In this document: piece after piece, positions 18,794-29,300 of the stretch | Position numbering within the stretch: the first letter of the stretch is position 1 | Layout of the letters: every line of letters begins with the position of its first letter | Assembly: GCA_964429005.1 (NCBI GenBank) | Contig: CAYSAJ010000005.1 | Location: forward strand, 5,354-69,353 | Reading direction: 5' to 3' | Source: an uncultured bacterium | Lineage (GTDB): Bacteria > Chlamydiota > Chlamydiia > Chlamydiales > JACRBE01 | DNA: 64,000 nucleotides | The notes under the pieces: generated by a model | The model's input: only the letters and a program-made list of their open reading frames with translations | Told to the model about the DNA's origin: nothing | The model's database searches: none | Position numbers and translations under genes: made by a program

Positions 18794-20233
18794 TTAAGAG
18801 TTTGGAGTTAATACAGCTTTCACAGGATAGTGATCAGAGAAGTTGCTTTGATTAGGAAGAGGCGCTCCTTGGTCAATAGGCTCGCCACTAAAACCTACAT
18901 TCATTTGACTAAAGCAGTACTTCCCTCCAGCATCAGGCTTTAAGGTGATGATAAAATCTTCTTGATCGACAGCTTTTCTTTTAGATTTTTTGTGCTGAAC
19001 TGTCACCATACGCTCTTTGATGGTGGTCGGTCCAACATCAGTTCCTATAAGGCCAAGGCTAGATAAATGAGCCTGTAGGTCATGAACATCTTTTTCTGAT
19101 TTCGTATTCGCGTCAGTGCCGATGAGGAGTTGAAGATCAGGATAAAGCTTTATAAGCTCTAGATACTTTTCTTTCACGAGGGTGATTTGAAGGCGGCCAT
19201 CTTCAGGATTTGTGGAATTTCCATGGCAGGAGGCGAGAAGAAATTTTTGCCCTGTAGGTAGATAATTCGCTAAAACAAGATTGATTTTTCCCCACTGATA
19301 CCCTGGATAGTTGTCTACCTCGATGGCCTGAGTTTCCACGCTCCATTTGCTTGAGTTTAGGAAGATCAGAGATCCATCATCAGGGATGAGTCCTTCAGGT
19401 ATAAAAAAGCGATGAGATTTGGTGATTTCATTTGCTGTGAGAGCATCCGCTTCTTGGGTAAACAGAACGTCAGGAGAGACTTTATAGAGATTGTTTTTGA
19501 AGGCAGTAGCCCTTTGGTGAGGGTCTGCAAATTTATCTTTAAACAGAGTTTTTATATCATTGATTTGATCAATCAGACCTGGCTCTTTAGCGATGAGGTG
19601 AAGGTTAAGAGATTGATAAAGCCAGTAAAAATAGACTTGTCCTTCAGGGCTAGCAAAGACTTGATATTTATCATCATCGACCTGAAGAGGACCTACAAGA
19701 GCTATCATCTCTTCCTTAATAAGCTGATCATGCAAATGACGCTCGAGTTCGATGGCTGTCGATCCTTCTAAAGGATAAGTAGAGCTCAGAATAGAAAGAT
19801 CAAGGAGCTTCCCTTGTCTTGCCGCTAGATCGCGAATCTTTTTATCAAATTGCAAAAGTTTATTAGGGCAATTTCGGAGGAACTCATAGGCATTTACACT
19901 TGCATTCTGCTCTAAAAAGGCCACAACTTCAGGGCTTTGGATCAAGGGGTATAACTCTGGAGAGATGAGCTCTCTAAAATCAATAGATGGGGCATTTTGA
20001 GGAATGACAAGCTCAAAGACTTTTTCCCTAGTTGGATTCATCTCAGGGCCATAATCACCTGCGAACTCAAAAGGATCTTCAAAAGAGGTTAAAATATTCG
20101 CTGTAACGGCTGTAATCGAAACAGGGAAGTTGGCTGAAGAGGTCTCTTCCTCTTCTGTGAATTTCGTTTCTGCAGAAAAACAAAAAACAAAACAGGAACA
20201 TATTAGCAAAAGATATAATAAAAACTTTTTCAT
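18794..20233 (-). CDS. Secreted endonuclease/exonuclease/phosphatase (EEP)-fold protein
   Basis: It has a signal peptide (MKKFLLYLLLICSCFVFCFSA). C-terminal EEP motifs are present: LASCHGNS, LLIGTDANT, and the terminal SDHYPV. Confidence 0.65.
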   Translation of the reverse strand: MKKFLLYLLLICSCFVFCFSAETKFTEEEETSSANFPVSITAVTANILTSFEDPFEFAGDYGPEMNPTREKVFELVIPQNAPSIDFRELISPELYPLIQSPEVVAFLEQNASVNAYEFLRNCPNKLLQFDKKIRDLAARQGKLLDLSILSSTYPLEGSTAIELERHLHDQLIKEEMIALVGPLQVDDDKYQVFASPEGQVYFYWLYQSLNLHLIAKEPGLIDQINDIKTLFKDKFADPHQRATAFKNNLYKVSPDVLFTQEADALTANEITKSHRFFIPEGLIPDDGSLIFLNSSKWSVETQAIEVDNYPGYQWGKINLVLANYLPTGQKFLLASCHGNSTNPEDGRLQITLVKEKYLELIKLYPDLQLLIGTDANTKSEKDVHDLQAHLSSLGLIGTDVGPTTIKERMVTVQHKKSKRKAVDQEDFIITLKPDAGGKYCFSQMNVGFSGEPIDQGAPLPNQSNFSDHYPVKAVLTPNS

Positions 20234-20437
20234 ACATCTCCTCTTAAATGTAAATTATAGTAAAAAAGAGAATTCCTAAGATTATTTAAAATAAGTTTTA
20301 CGATAAATAAAGCGAGGCAAAATTTATTTTGACAACTTTCTTGAAAACGATACTGTTTCATCTTTTTACGAGGGAGTCTTTTATTAAATCGAATGAAAGA
20401 TTATGATGATTGCACTTATAATCTAAGGATTTTGAAT

Positions 20438-20863
20438 ATGACAAAAGAAAGAACTCTCTCTATTATTAAACCCGATGCTGTAGCTAACAACCATATCGGT
20501 GATATCCTCTCTCGCTTTGAAAAACATGGTCTTAAAGTGATCGGAGCAAAAATGCTTCACCTCACTGAGAAACAAGCTCAAGCTTTTTATGCCGTTCACA
20601 AAGAGCGTGGATTTTTTAATGACCTCGTTTCATTTATGATCTCAGGCCCTGTTTTCGTCAGTGTTCTTGAAGGTCCTAATGCTGTTTTGAAAAACCGTGA
20701 TATTATGGGCGCTACAGATCCTCAAAAAGCAGCTCCAGGGACAATTCGTCGTGATTTTGCAAGATCTATCGATGCTAACGCAGTCCATGGATCTGACAGT
20801 TTAGAAAATGCAAAGATCGAGATCTCTTTCTTCTTTTCCGAACTTGAGCTTCAGTCTCGCTAA
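20438..20863 (+). CDS. ndk: Nucleoside diphosphate kinase
   Basis: [12 protein letters not shown] and NAVHGSDS (active-site His) are present. The ATG at 20438 is preceded by agga; the listed upstream start adds 15 non-conserved residues. Confidence 0.9.
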   Translation: MTKERTLSIIKPDAVANNHIGDILSRFEKHGLKVIGAKMLHLTEKQAQAFYAVHKERGFFNDLVSFMISGPVFVSVLEGPNAVLKNRDIMGATDPQKAAPGTIRRDFARSIDANAVHGSDSLENAKIEISFFFSELELQSR

Positions 20864-20870
20864 TTTCTCT

Positions 20871-20894
20871 AAGCAGGGAGGTCTCTCCCTGCTT
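20871..20894 (+). terminator. Hairpin downstream of ndk
   Basis: Hairpin aagcagggag-gtct-ctccctgctt has a 10-bp perfect stem. The following T tract is interrupted (tataaatctctttt). Confidence 0.5.
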
Positions 20895-21027
20895 TATAAA
20901 TCTCTTTTCATGACAAATTACAAAGAAAATTGTCACAAAAAATGTCGTAAAATGTCGTAAAAATATTCCCTTTTGAAGCTAAATTCACTATTTCGATTAC
21001 CACACCATCAGCTCATATCTTTTTAGA

Positions 21028-21471
21028 TCAAATAATAATTTCCAGGGTGATCGGCCCATCATTAACGAGAGCTACCTTCATGTCAGCTCCAAACACTCCT
21101 GCTTGGATTTTTTGAGGTGAATATTGATCTTTGCAGGTCTGGATAAACTTATCATAGAGAGGTAGGGCTACTTCTGATCTAGCGGCCTCAGTGAAAGATG
21201 GCCTTCTGCCTTTATGGCAATCAGCATAAAGTGTGAATTGGGAAACGATCAGAAGCTCTCCTTGCGTCCCTATTACCGAATCCCCAAAATGATCGGTAGA
21301 TGTTTCAAAGCATCGGAGGTTAAGGATTTTTGCGGCAAAATCTTTAAGTCTATCTTCCGTATCAGCTTTAGAAAATCCGACAAACACCAAAAGGCCCCTT
21401 CCAATCGAACTGACAATCCTTCCATCCACTGTGACGGAAGCTTGTAAAACTTTTTGAATCAACGCTTTCAT
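21028..21471 (-). CDS. dtd: D-aminoacyl-tRNA deacylase
   Basis: It is 147 aa, with GLLVFVGF and SQFTLYADCHKGRRPSF motifs. Confidence 0.9.
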   Translation of the reverse strand: MKALIQKVLQASVTVDGRIVSSIGRGLLVFVGFSKADTEDRLKDFAAKILNLRCFETSTDHFGDSVIGTQGELLIVSQFTLYADCHKGRRPSFTEAARSEVALPLYDKFIQTCKDQYSPQKIQAGVFGADMKVALVNDGPITLEIII

Positions 21472-21539
21472 AGAAAAAAAGTGAACTTAAATGCTCTATT
21501 TAAGATAATTATGCCCTTTTAATCTAAGGATTACAATTT

Positions 21540-22118
21540 ATGGCTATTCATCCTCTGTCTTTTTCGACTGTTTTTAGAGGTGATGAGGTAACTAGCTGGA
21601 CAACAGCTTTAGCACTAACCAGTTCTTTGAGTGTTGAAATCTCATGTTTGGGTGAGAGAATTGTCGTCGATCCATCTGACTCAGCCATGAACTTGCATGA
21701 TTTTGCAATAAGAATTTTCAATAGTGCTTTCAGGGATTCTATAGGAGACACTTTTGAGTTGGAGGATAGAGTTAGGGTATTAGATATTGGAGATGCCATC
21801 ATAGGTTTTTATAGAGATGCTGATCGAATGATCTCTAGGCTTTCCTGCTGCACTTACGCGTTTCACCTGGTTAGCTGCTGGCTTGAAAAAGCACCAGGAG
21901 AATCCTATTCTATGGACTTGCGGGGAATTAAATTCATGGCTCTTAATTTTTCTGCTGCATCATTTGCATGGTTACTCCCAGGAAAAACGATTGCTAGTGA
22001 ATTAACTCTCACTGCCCGCCAAATCAGATTCAGCCGGTGTTTAGCATTTGAAAAAGACGTGCGTGCGGCTGCTTCCGCTTTAGTACCCAGAAGATTAGAG
22101 TTCCTATGGCATCGCTAG
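21540..22118 (+). CDS. Hypothetical protein, member 1 of a tandem three-gene paralogue family
   Basis: It shares the pattern G-x-R-x-V ... LEDRV ... FYR with the next two genes. Its stop overlaps the next gene's start by 13 nt. Confidence 0.6.
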   Translation: MAIHPLSFSTVFRGDEVTSWTTALALTSSLSVEISCLGERIVVDPSDSAMNLHDFAIRIFNSAFRDSIGDTFELEDRVRVLDIGDAIIGFYRDADRMISRLSCCTYAFHLVSCWLEKAPGESYSMDLRGIKFMALNFSAASFAWLLPGKTIASELTLTARQIRFSRCLAFEKDVRAAASALVPRRLEFLWHR

Positions 22119-22663
22119 ATCTACGATTAAATCATTATTTCCCGGAAGACATTGAAAGAACAGATTGGAATGGGCTCTCTACATTTCTTAGTGATCTAAA
22201 TGTAGGAGTTACAACTTGGGGTGATCGTTTTGTAACGAATAACCTTCGCATAGAAGGTGTTATTGATACTATTGCACTCAGCGCGCTGATATCAAAGGTT
22301 CATGCAGTAGCAAAACAGGCATGTATACTAGATTGTTTGTCCAAAGAGGATCGCCTTAGTGCGCTGCATGTTATTGATCAGATTCAAAACTTTTATGAAA
22401 GAGGAAGCGCTGCTTCAGCTCGTCGTCCCTTCTATCAAAGATGGATTAGCGGCTGCGTGAGTTGTTTTCAATTTGATGATTCACACTTCTTACTTTACCG
22501 TAGGTTGGGGGAATTAGTGTGCAGCTATTCAGAAGAAACATTTAAATCATCATTCAAGAGCACAACTTTATCTACGGGCTCATATTGGCTTGATGATCAT
22601 ATGCCAAGATATGTTGCCTCAAGAGAAATGATTCGAAATTCAATGCCTTTGCTCACAGTTTAG
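22106..22663 (+). CDS. Hypothetical protein, paralogue 2
   Basis: TDWNGLSTFLSDLNVGVTTWGDRFVT...IEGVI...LSKEDRLSALHVIDQIQNFY aligns by eye with paralogue 3. Confidence 0.65.
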   Translation: MASLDLRLNHYFPEDIERTDWNGLSTFLSDLNVGVTTWGDRFVTNNLRIEGVIDTIALSALISKVHAVAKQACILDCLSKEDRLSALHVIDQIQNFYERGSAASARRPFYQRWISGCVSCFQFDDSHFLLYRRLGELVCSYSEETFKSSFKSTTLSTGSYWLDDHMPRYVASREMIRNSMPLLTV

Positions 22664-22671
22664 GAAAATTT

Positions 22672-23385
22672 ATGGATGCCCTTACTACCCGTTTTCGAAA
22701 TGTCATCTCACCCATGGACAGAGACTTTCCTGACTGGAGGGATGTTGAGGCATTCTTAACAATTGTGCAACCTTCCGTTACTTTTTTTGGATCTAGAGTG
22801 GTTACACATCATCCGATAGCTGCAGATGGAATTCCTATAGAGGGGAGCATTTCTTTGACAGAGCTTTCAAAAGAAGTCTACCAAGCAGCGATGGCATGTT
22901 ATTTTGCTGATGCACTGAGTCTTGAACAAAGAGTTGCGGGGATATCTTGCTTACACAAACTTCAAGAATTTTATACTGCTACTGATGTTGCTTTAGAGGA
23001 TGTCTCATTATTAACAAATTTTTTTGGATCTCTAGGGGAGGTTTTTTCTGACTTCGAATTGGGAATCTATCTTACAAATCATGTTACCTCTATTTTTTTT
23101 CACGGATTTACAGTAGAGAAATATCGAGAGACTTTTGGAGAGGATCCCTCTCCCACACAAACTGCTAGAGTAATCACTCCAGAAGAAATGGGCCCTGGGC
23201 TTCCTATTTCACATTATAATCTTTTATTTGTATCTGAAGAAGAAATGATCTCTCAGCTAGATTTATTAAATGCTATGAGAGCTTCTGCCCTCAGAATAGA
23301 GGTTGCAGGTGATTTAGATGTAGGTGCACCTCGAGGAGCTGATGAAGATCCTATCACAGAGGTAGAAGAGTTAACTACAGGTTAG
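22672..23385 (+). CDS. Hypothetical protein, paralogue 3 (acidic C-terminal extension)
   Basis: PDWRDVEAFLTIVQPSVTFFGSRVVT...IEGSI...LSLEQRVAGISCLHKLQEFY matches paralogue 2. Only an 8-nt gap separates it from the previous gene. Confidence 0.65.
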   Translation: MDALTTRFRNVISPMDRDFPDWRDVEAFLTIVQPSVTFFGSRVVTHHPIAADGIPIEGSISLTELSKEVYQAAMACYFADALSLEQRVAGISCLHKLQEFYTATDVALEDVSLLTNFFGSLGEVFSDFELGIYLTNHVTSIFFHGFTVEKYRETFGEDPSPTQTARVITPEEMGPGLPISHYNLLFVSEEEMISQLDLLNAMRASALRIEVAGDLDVGAPRGADEDPITEVEELTTG

Positions 23386-23396
23386 ATTTTTTATAT

Positions 23397-25181
23397 TTAG
23401 AGACTCTTCAATATGCGTTCTAGCTCGTGATCGAGCTCTATGGGAAAATCAGGCCTAAAGATTTCAAAATAGTCGATGAGCTCTGTGATTTCTTTCTTTA
23501 ATACAGTTTTGTTGACCGGGAAAAGCTCTTGAAATTTTGAAGATAGTGTAAGATCAGACAGATCTAGATTTTCTTCATGAGGGATAATTCCAAGAGGTGT
23601 CTGCTGTCCTGAAATTTTTCCTTCGATTCTTTCAAAGCACCATTTGATAACGCGGATGTTATCCCCAAATCCGGGCCAGATATACTTGCCCTCATCATTT
23701 TTCAAAAACCAGTTCACTTCAAAAATTTTAGGTGGGTGCTTGAGTTTTTGCCCTACTTCTATCCAGTGGGCAAAGTATTTTCCCATATGGTAACCACAAA
23801 AAGGAAGCATCGCAAAGGGATCATGACGTACTTTGCCAATTTCCCCAGCTGCCGCTGCTGTCATTTCTGATGAAAGGGAAGCGCCAAAGAGAACCCCATG
23901 GTTCCAGCTTGAGCTTTCCATGACTAAAGGAATTGTTGAAGCTCTGCGCCCACCGAAAATGATGCCAGAAATCGGAACCCCTTTGGGATCGTCATAAGCT
24001 GGATCTAAAACAGGGCACTGCTGGATAGGTGTTGTAAAACGGGAGTTAGGATGGGCTGCTTTTTCTTTTGATTCAGGACTCCAAGATTCTCTTTTCCAGT
24101 TGATCTCGATTGGAAGAGGATTTTTGGTCATCCCTTCCCACCATACGTCCCCCTCTTTCGTTAGGGCTACATTGGTGAAAATCGTATTTTTAGTAATCGT
24201 TTTCATGGCGTTAGGATTTGTCGTCATCGAAGTCCCAGGTGCCACGCCAAAGAATCCAAACTCAGGGTTGATGGCTCTCAGTTCTCCATTCACGACTCTC
24301 ATCCAAGCGATATCATCACCAACGCACTCTACTTTCCAGCCAGGTAAATTAGGTGTCATCATCGCCAGATTCGTTTTCCCACAAGCGCTTGGAAATGCGG
24401 CTGCAAAATATTTTGAAGTTCCCTCAGGATTTGTAACTTTAATAATAAGCATGTGCTCTGCAAGCCATCCCTCTTCCTGAGCTTTTTTGGAAGCAATACG
24501 AAGGGCTAAACATTTTTTCCCAAGGAGTGCATTGCCACCATATCCGCTGCCGTATGACCAGATTTCTTTTGTATCTGGAAAGTGAACGATATATTTATCT
24601 TCTTGGCAGGGCCAGATGGGATCGGGAGTTTCATCGATGAGAGGGAACCCTACAGAGTGAACACAAGGGATAAATGAGGATCCATTTTCAATAAGATCCC
24701 ACACTTTTTTTCCCATGCGTGTCATGATTTTCATGCTGCAGACTACATAGGGAGAATCGGTTACTTCGATACCGAGAAGTGAGAGAGGTGAATGAAGGGG
24801 TCCCATGCTGAAAGGGACGATGTACATCTTCCTTCCTCGCATGCATCCCTTAAATTTGTCCTGTAGGAGAAGTCTCATTTTATCAGGATCATACCACTGA
24901 TTTGTGGGACCAGCATCGCTTTTTTTGTTAGAGCAAATAAAGGTACGCTCTTCAACACGTGCTACATCAGATGGATCAGATGCGCACCAAAAGCTATCAG
25001 GTCGCAGATCGGGATTTAGTCTTACAAAAACGTCCCTATCGACCATTTCCTGCGCTAAAGATTGATATTCTTCTTCACAGCCATCACAAATATGAATCCA
25101 TGAAGGCTCACAGAGGTCAATAAGACCCTCTAGCCACTTTTTTAAAGAGGCGTTTTTAATCTTCGCGAGTGTTGAAATCAT
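23397..25181 (-). CDS. pck: Phosphoenolpyruvate carboxykinase (GTP-dependent)
   Basis: GSGYGGNALLGKKC, FPSACGKTN (kinase-1a) and WMR are present. At 594 aa its size is typical of GTP-PEPCK. Confidence 0.9.
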   Translation of the reverse strand: MISTLAKIKNASLKKWLEGLIDLCEPSWIHICDGCEEEYQSLAQEMVDRDVFVRLNPDLRPDSFWCASDPSDVARVEERTFICSNKKSDAGPTNQWYDPDKMRLLLQDKFKGCMRGRKMYIVPFSMGPLHSPLSLLGIEVTDSPYVVCSMKIMTRMGKKVWDLIENGSSFIPCVHSVGFPLIDETPDPIWPCQEDKYIVHFPDTKEIWSYGSGYGGNALLGKKCLALRIASKKAQEEGWLAEHMLIIKVTNPEGTSKYFAAAFPSACGKTNLAMMTPNLPGWKVECVGDDIAWMRVVNGELRAINPEFGFFGVAPGTSMTTNPNAMKTITKNTIFTNVALTKEGDVWWEGMTKNPLPIEINWKRESWSPESKEKAAHPNSRFTTPIQQCPVLDPAYDDPKGVPISGIIFGGRRASTIPLVMESSSWNHGVLFGASLSSEMTAAAAGEIGKVRHDPFAMLPFCGYHMGKYFAHWIEVGQKLKHPPKIFEVNWFLKNDEGKYIWPGFGDNIRVIKWCFERIEGKISGQQTPLGIIPHEENLDLSDLTLSSKFQELFPVNKTVLKKEITELIDYFEIFRPDFPIELDHELERILKSL

Positions 25182-25193
25182 GCTTGATTACTT

Positions 25194-26279
25194 TTAGGTT
25201 AATACCTTTTTCTTCTTAAAGGAGTCTAGGTACTCTAGAGCTTTCCCTGTTCCTAGACATACAGCAAGAAGAGGATTTGGCGCAATGATTACGGGCAAAC
25301 CACATTCTCTAATAAGGCATTTATCGAGACCTTTGATCAAAGATCCACCACCTGCAAGGACGATCCCTCTTTCAACGAGATCAGCGGCAAGCTCTGGGGG
25401 ACATTTTTCAAGGGTGAGTTTTACACTTTCGATGATTTGTTGGATGGGCTCTGCGAGACACTCACGAATCTCTACAGAGTTGATTCTTTTGGTTAGTGGA
25501 AGACCTGCAACTTGGTCACGACCTCTCACTTCCATTTCAAGTTCATGGTCACCCAGTGGATAGGCTGAACCAATCGTCACTTTGATTTCTTCGGCAGTTC
25601 TTGGGCCGATCATCAGGTTGTAAGTTCTTCTCATGTAATTGATGATACACTCATCAAATTCATCACCACCGATACGCAGTGAACGAGACTCTACGATACC
25701 CCCTAGAGAAATAATCGCGATTTCTGTTGTACCGCCGCCGATGTCGACGATCATATTCGCTGCAGGCTCATGAACCGGAAGATCGACACCGATAGCAGCT
25801 GCCATAGGCTCTTCGATCAGAAAAACTTCTTGAGCTCCAGCGCGAAGGGCTGAATCTTCAACTGCTCTTTTCTCTACCCCAGTAATTCCTGATGGAACAG
25901 CAATTAAAATTTTAGGTCTAAAAAGACTCCTAGTCGGCGTCACTCTTTTGATGAGGGCTTTGAGCATCCCTTCTGCTATCTCAAAATCGGCAATCACGCC
26001 ATCTTTCATAGGTCGGACAGCATGGATCTTGCGAGGTGTTTTACCAAGCATCGCTTTAGCTTTATGGCCGACCGCAAGAACTTCATTGGTCGTGGAATCA
26101 ACAGCCACAACGGAGGGCTCAGCCAGGACTATCCCTTTTCCTCTCACATATACAAGTGTGTTTGCTGTTCCAAGGTCAATTCCAATATCATTTGAAAAAA
26201 GACCAGAAAATCCACGCACTCTTTTCGTCAGAATTTTCTTAATCTTCTGATATTGCTCAAAAAGCTCTTTTTGATTCAT
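25194..26279 (-). CDS. mreB: Rod-shape determining actin homologue MreB
   Basis: [20 protein letters not shown] and [13 protein letters not shown] are present. Confidence 0.95.
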   Translation of the reverse strand: MNQKELFEQYQKIKKILTKRVRGFSGLFSNDIGIDLGTANTLVYVRGKGIVLAEPSVVAVDSTTNEVLAVGHKAKAMLGKTPRKIHAVRPMKDGVIADFEIAEGMLKALIKRVTPTRSLFRPKILIAVPSGITGVEKRAVEDSALRAGAQEVFLIEEPMAAAIGVDLPVHEPAANMIVDIGGGTTEIAIISLGGIVESRSLRIGGDEFDECIINYMRRTYNLMIGPRTAEEIKVTIGSAYPLGDHELEMEVRGRDQVAGLPLTKRINSVEIRECLAEPIQQIIESVKLTLEKCPPELAADLVERGIVLAGGGSLIKGLDKCLIRECGLPVIIAPNPLLAVCLGTGKALEYLDSFKKKKVLT

Positions 26280-26342
26280 TTTATTTATCTCGCGAGTCTA
26301 ACCATAATTTCTATCTTATACATTCTACCGATTTTGTTATAC

Positions 26343-29300
26343 TTATCCTTGAAGAAGTTCCAGAACATCTTCCCAAGTAAGTTTAGTGAGGGCTTCTTCA
26401 TCACTGCTGACGATTTTTTTGACAATCCCTCGCTTACGGTTTTGCATTTCAACGATTTTTTCTTCAATTGTATTTTTTGTAACTAACTTGTACACAGAGA
26501 CTGATTTATCTTGACCAAGGCGGTAGACGCGGTCTGTCGCTTGGTTTTCTACAGCAGGGTTCCACCACATATCATAGTGGATAACAGTGTCTGCACCGAC
26601 TAAGTTCAGACCTGTTCCACCAGCCTTTAATGAAACGAGGAAAACAGAAATGGAACCATCTTCGTTAAATTGATTAACAATATCTAAGCGGTTTTTGCTC
26701 GATCCATCAAGATAAACGAAACGAATTTTTCTCTTTTCAAAATCTTCTCGCATGATGTGAAGCATTTTTGTGTACTGAGAGAAAATGACAACTTTGTGAT
26801 TTCCTTCAATAAGGGTTTGTAGAAGCTCTAAAAGCATTTCATATTTAGCGCTATCCCCCTCTTCTGAACTTTCTTTAGCAAAGATAGCAGGATGGCAGCA
26901 AATTTGTTTAAGCCTTGTGAGGGTAGCGAGAACGTGAATTTGCACTTTATCAAATCCATCTCTTTCAACCAGTTTAACAAGCTCATCCCTTGCAGATGCA
27001 GCATAAGAGCTGTAGAGTTGTTGTTGGGCATCAGTAAGCTGGCAGTGATAAGTAAGTTCTTGAAGAGGTGGAAGATCATTAAGAACATCACTTTTCATTC
27101 TACGTAGAATAAAAGGAGAGACTTTCTTTTTGAGATATTCAAGGTTTTTCGATTGTTCTTCTTTTGGCACTCGAATATATTTCTCAACAAATCGATCATA
27201 GGTGCCAAGGAATCCTGGCATGAGAAAGTCAAAGAGGCTCCACAGTTCATCAAGAGAGTTTTCAATCGGGGTACCTGACAAGATCATCCGATGTTTTGCT
27301 GAGATCTTTTTAACCGACTTTGCATTTCTTGTTCCTCTATTTTTGATGTGCTGCGCTTCATCAAGAATGACATACGAAAATTCATAATTTCCGTAATGTT
27401 CAATATCTTTTTGGAGAAGTGTATATGAGGTCACAAGCACATCAAAATTTTTTGCTTGATCTATCATTCTTTTTCTTTGCCCTGGAACTCCATCAACCAC
27501 TGAAACTTTTAAATTCGAGTTGAACTTAGAGATCTCTTCTTTCCAGTTATACAATAATGATGTTGGACATACGACAAGGGAGGTTTGGCCGCCTGCATAA
27601 TTTTGTGTAATCGCTGTGATTGCTTGAAGAGTCTTTCCAAGACCCATGTCATCTGCAAGAACTCCGTTAAGATACATTTTACGAAGTCTTTCAAGCCAAT
27701 TTACACCTTCAACTTGGTAGGGGCGAAGATTTGCTTTGATCTCGTGAGGAACTGGCGTGAATTCAATCGATTTTTCTCCAATCATTTGCGCTCTGATTTC
27801 TCTGAGCTTTTTTGTCATGGTGAAAGTTACAGGAAGGCCAACAAAGTTACTTTCATCGATGTTTGCAAGATTCCAAAGGGGTCTTTCTAATTTGCAGTTA
27901 TCAAGCTTATCAAGACCTAGTTCATCAAAGAGTCCTACAAGTGAGGTCATTACTCCAAGATCGAGAACTAAAATCTTCGGAAGTTTCGGACTATCACCTT
28001 TTTTCTTTTTTGAACTTTCAACTTCAATAAATGCCTTTTTAGAGACAACACAGTCCCACAGGCGATCCATGCGGATCCCTCTGAGATCTCCATCAACTTT
28101 GAGGTCAATTTCATAAATATCCATACGATTTGTATGAGATAAGCTTAAAGTAAAGGCCGTTTTGTCATAAATAAACTGATCAAGCAGATTTTGAGGGCAA
28201 TTGAATGTGACAGAGTGTTGGAACGCAGGAATGGTTTCTGTCATAAATTCAATAATTTTCTTTTCAGACTTGGCAACAAAAGCACCTAGATCGCTATCGA
28301 ACTGGAAATCTCTAAAGAGGTTTTCTAATAGCTCTCTCTCTTCCACAAGATTTCTAGCAAGGACTCCTTCTCTTGTAATGAAAGACTTGAGATGATCTTG
28401 CTTCAGTTGGCTTTTAGCAGCAGGCACTTCTACATTCCCATATTGGAAAAATAACACCGCATCGAGTTCCCCATCTAAATACGATATGTTGCAAATCGCC
28501 TTGAGAGGCTCAACAAAAGGAAGTGTTACGAACTGATCTAGACGCTCTTTATCCTTAATCACCGAAAAATTGGATAAAACGGGCAGTGAGTTCTCAATAA
28601 AACTTCCGAATAAAGGTTCAGGAATGGTGAGCTCTCTAAGCGTAGGAAGATGTTTGAGGTGCTGACGTGTTACATGAGGAGAAAACTTAAAGTAAGTATG
28701 ATCAAAAATCACACCAGGCTGCGCACATTCAAAGAAGCATCCTTCTTCAAGTAGCACACTTTTTTGTGAGACAGACAATTTAGGATCAAGAAGGATTTTG
28801 GATGCAGGAGGAGCAATATAATCGATCCCAATTTCAAACATCGCAAAATTACGGGAGAACTTTAAGGGGGCCTCTAAGGAAGCTTCATAAATACATGGAA
28901 GGGTTGGTAGATCTTCATCATCAAATACTCCTCCCTTATCTGCAATCTCTTTCACTGCGATTTCATAAGCTTTGGCAAGCAAAAGACCAAAGAAACGAAT
29001 ATCCATAATCGTAATTCTTTGCCCTTTCTCCGTCGCCATCTTATTATGCTCTTTTGCATAATCTAGAACCATACGAACCAGCTCTTGGTGAGTTTGTGGG
29101 AACGATTCGATGGAAAACATATATTTTTTACCTCCCATTACAATCGGCTCTTCATACCGAATGGCTTCAAGGAATTCACAGGCCTGGGGGACGTAAAGAG
29201 GTTTTGATCTTGAGGGAAGTCTCAAAGCAATTTGGAGTTCAACAAGGTGTTGGTTGACCGCTTCTTGGGGGAATGTGTAAATTAAAGCAAGTTCTGCATA

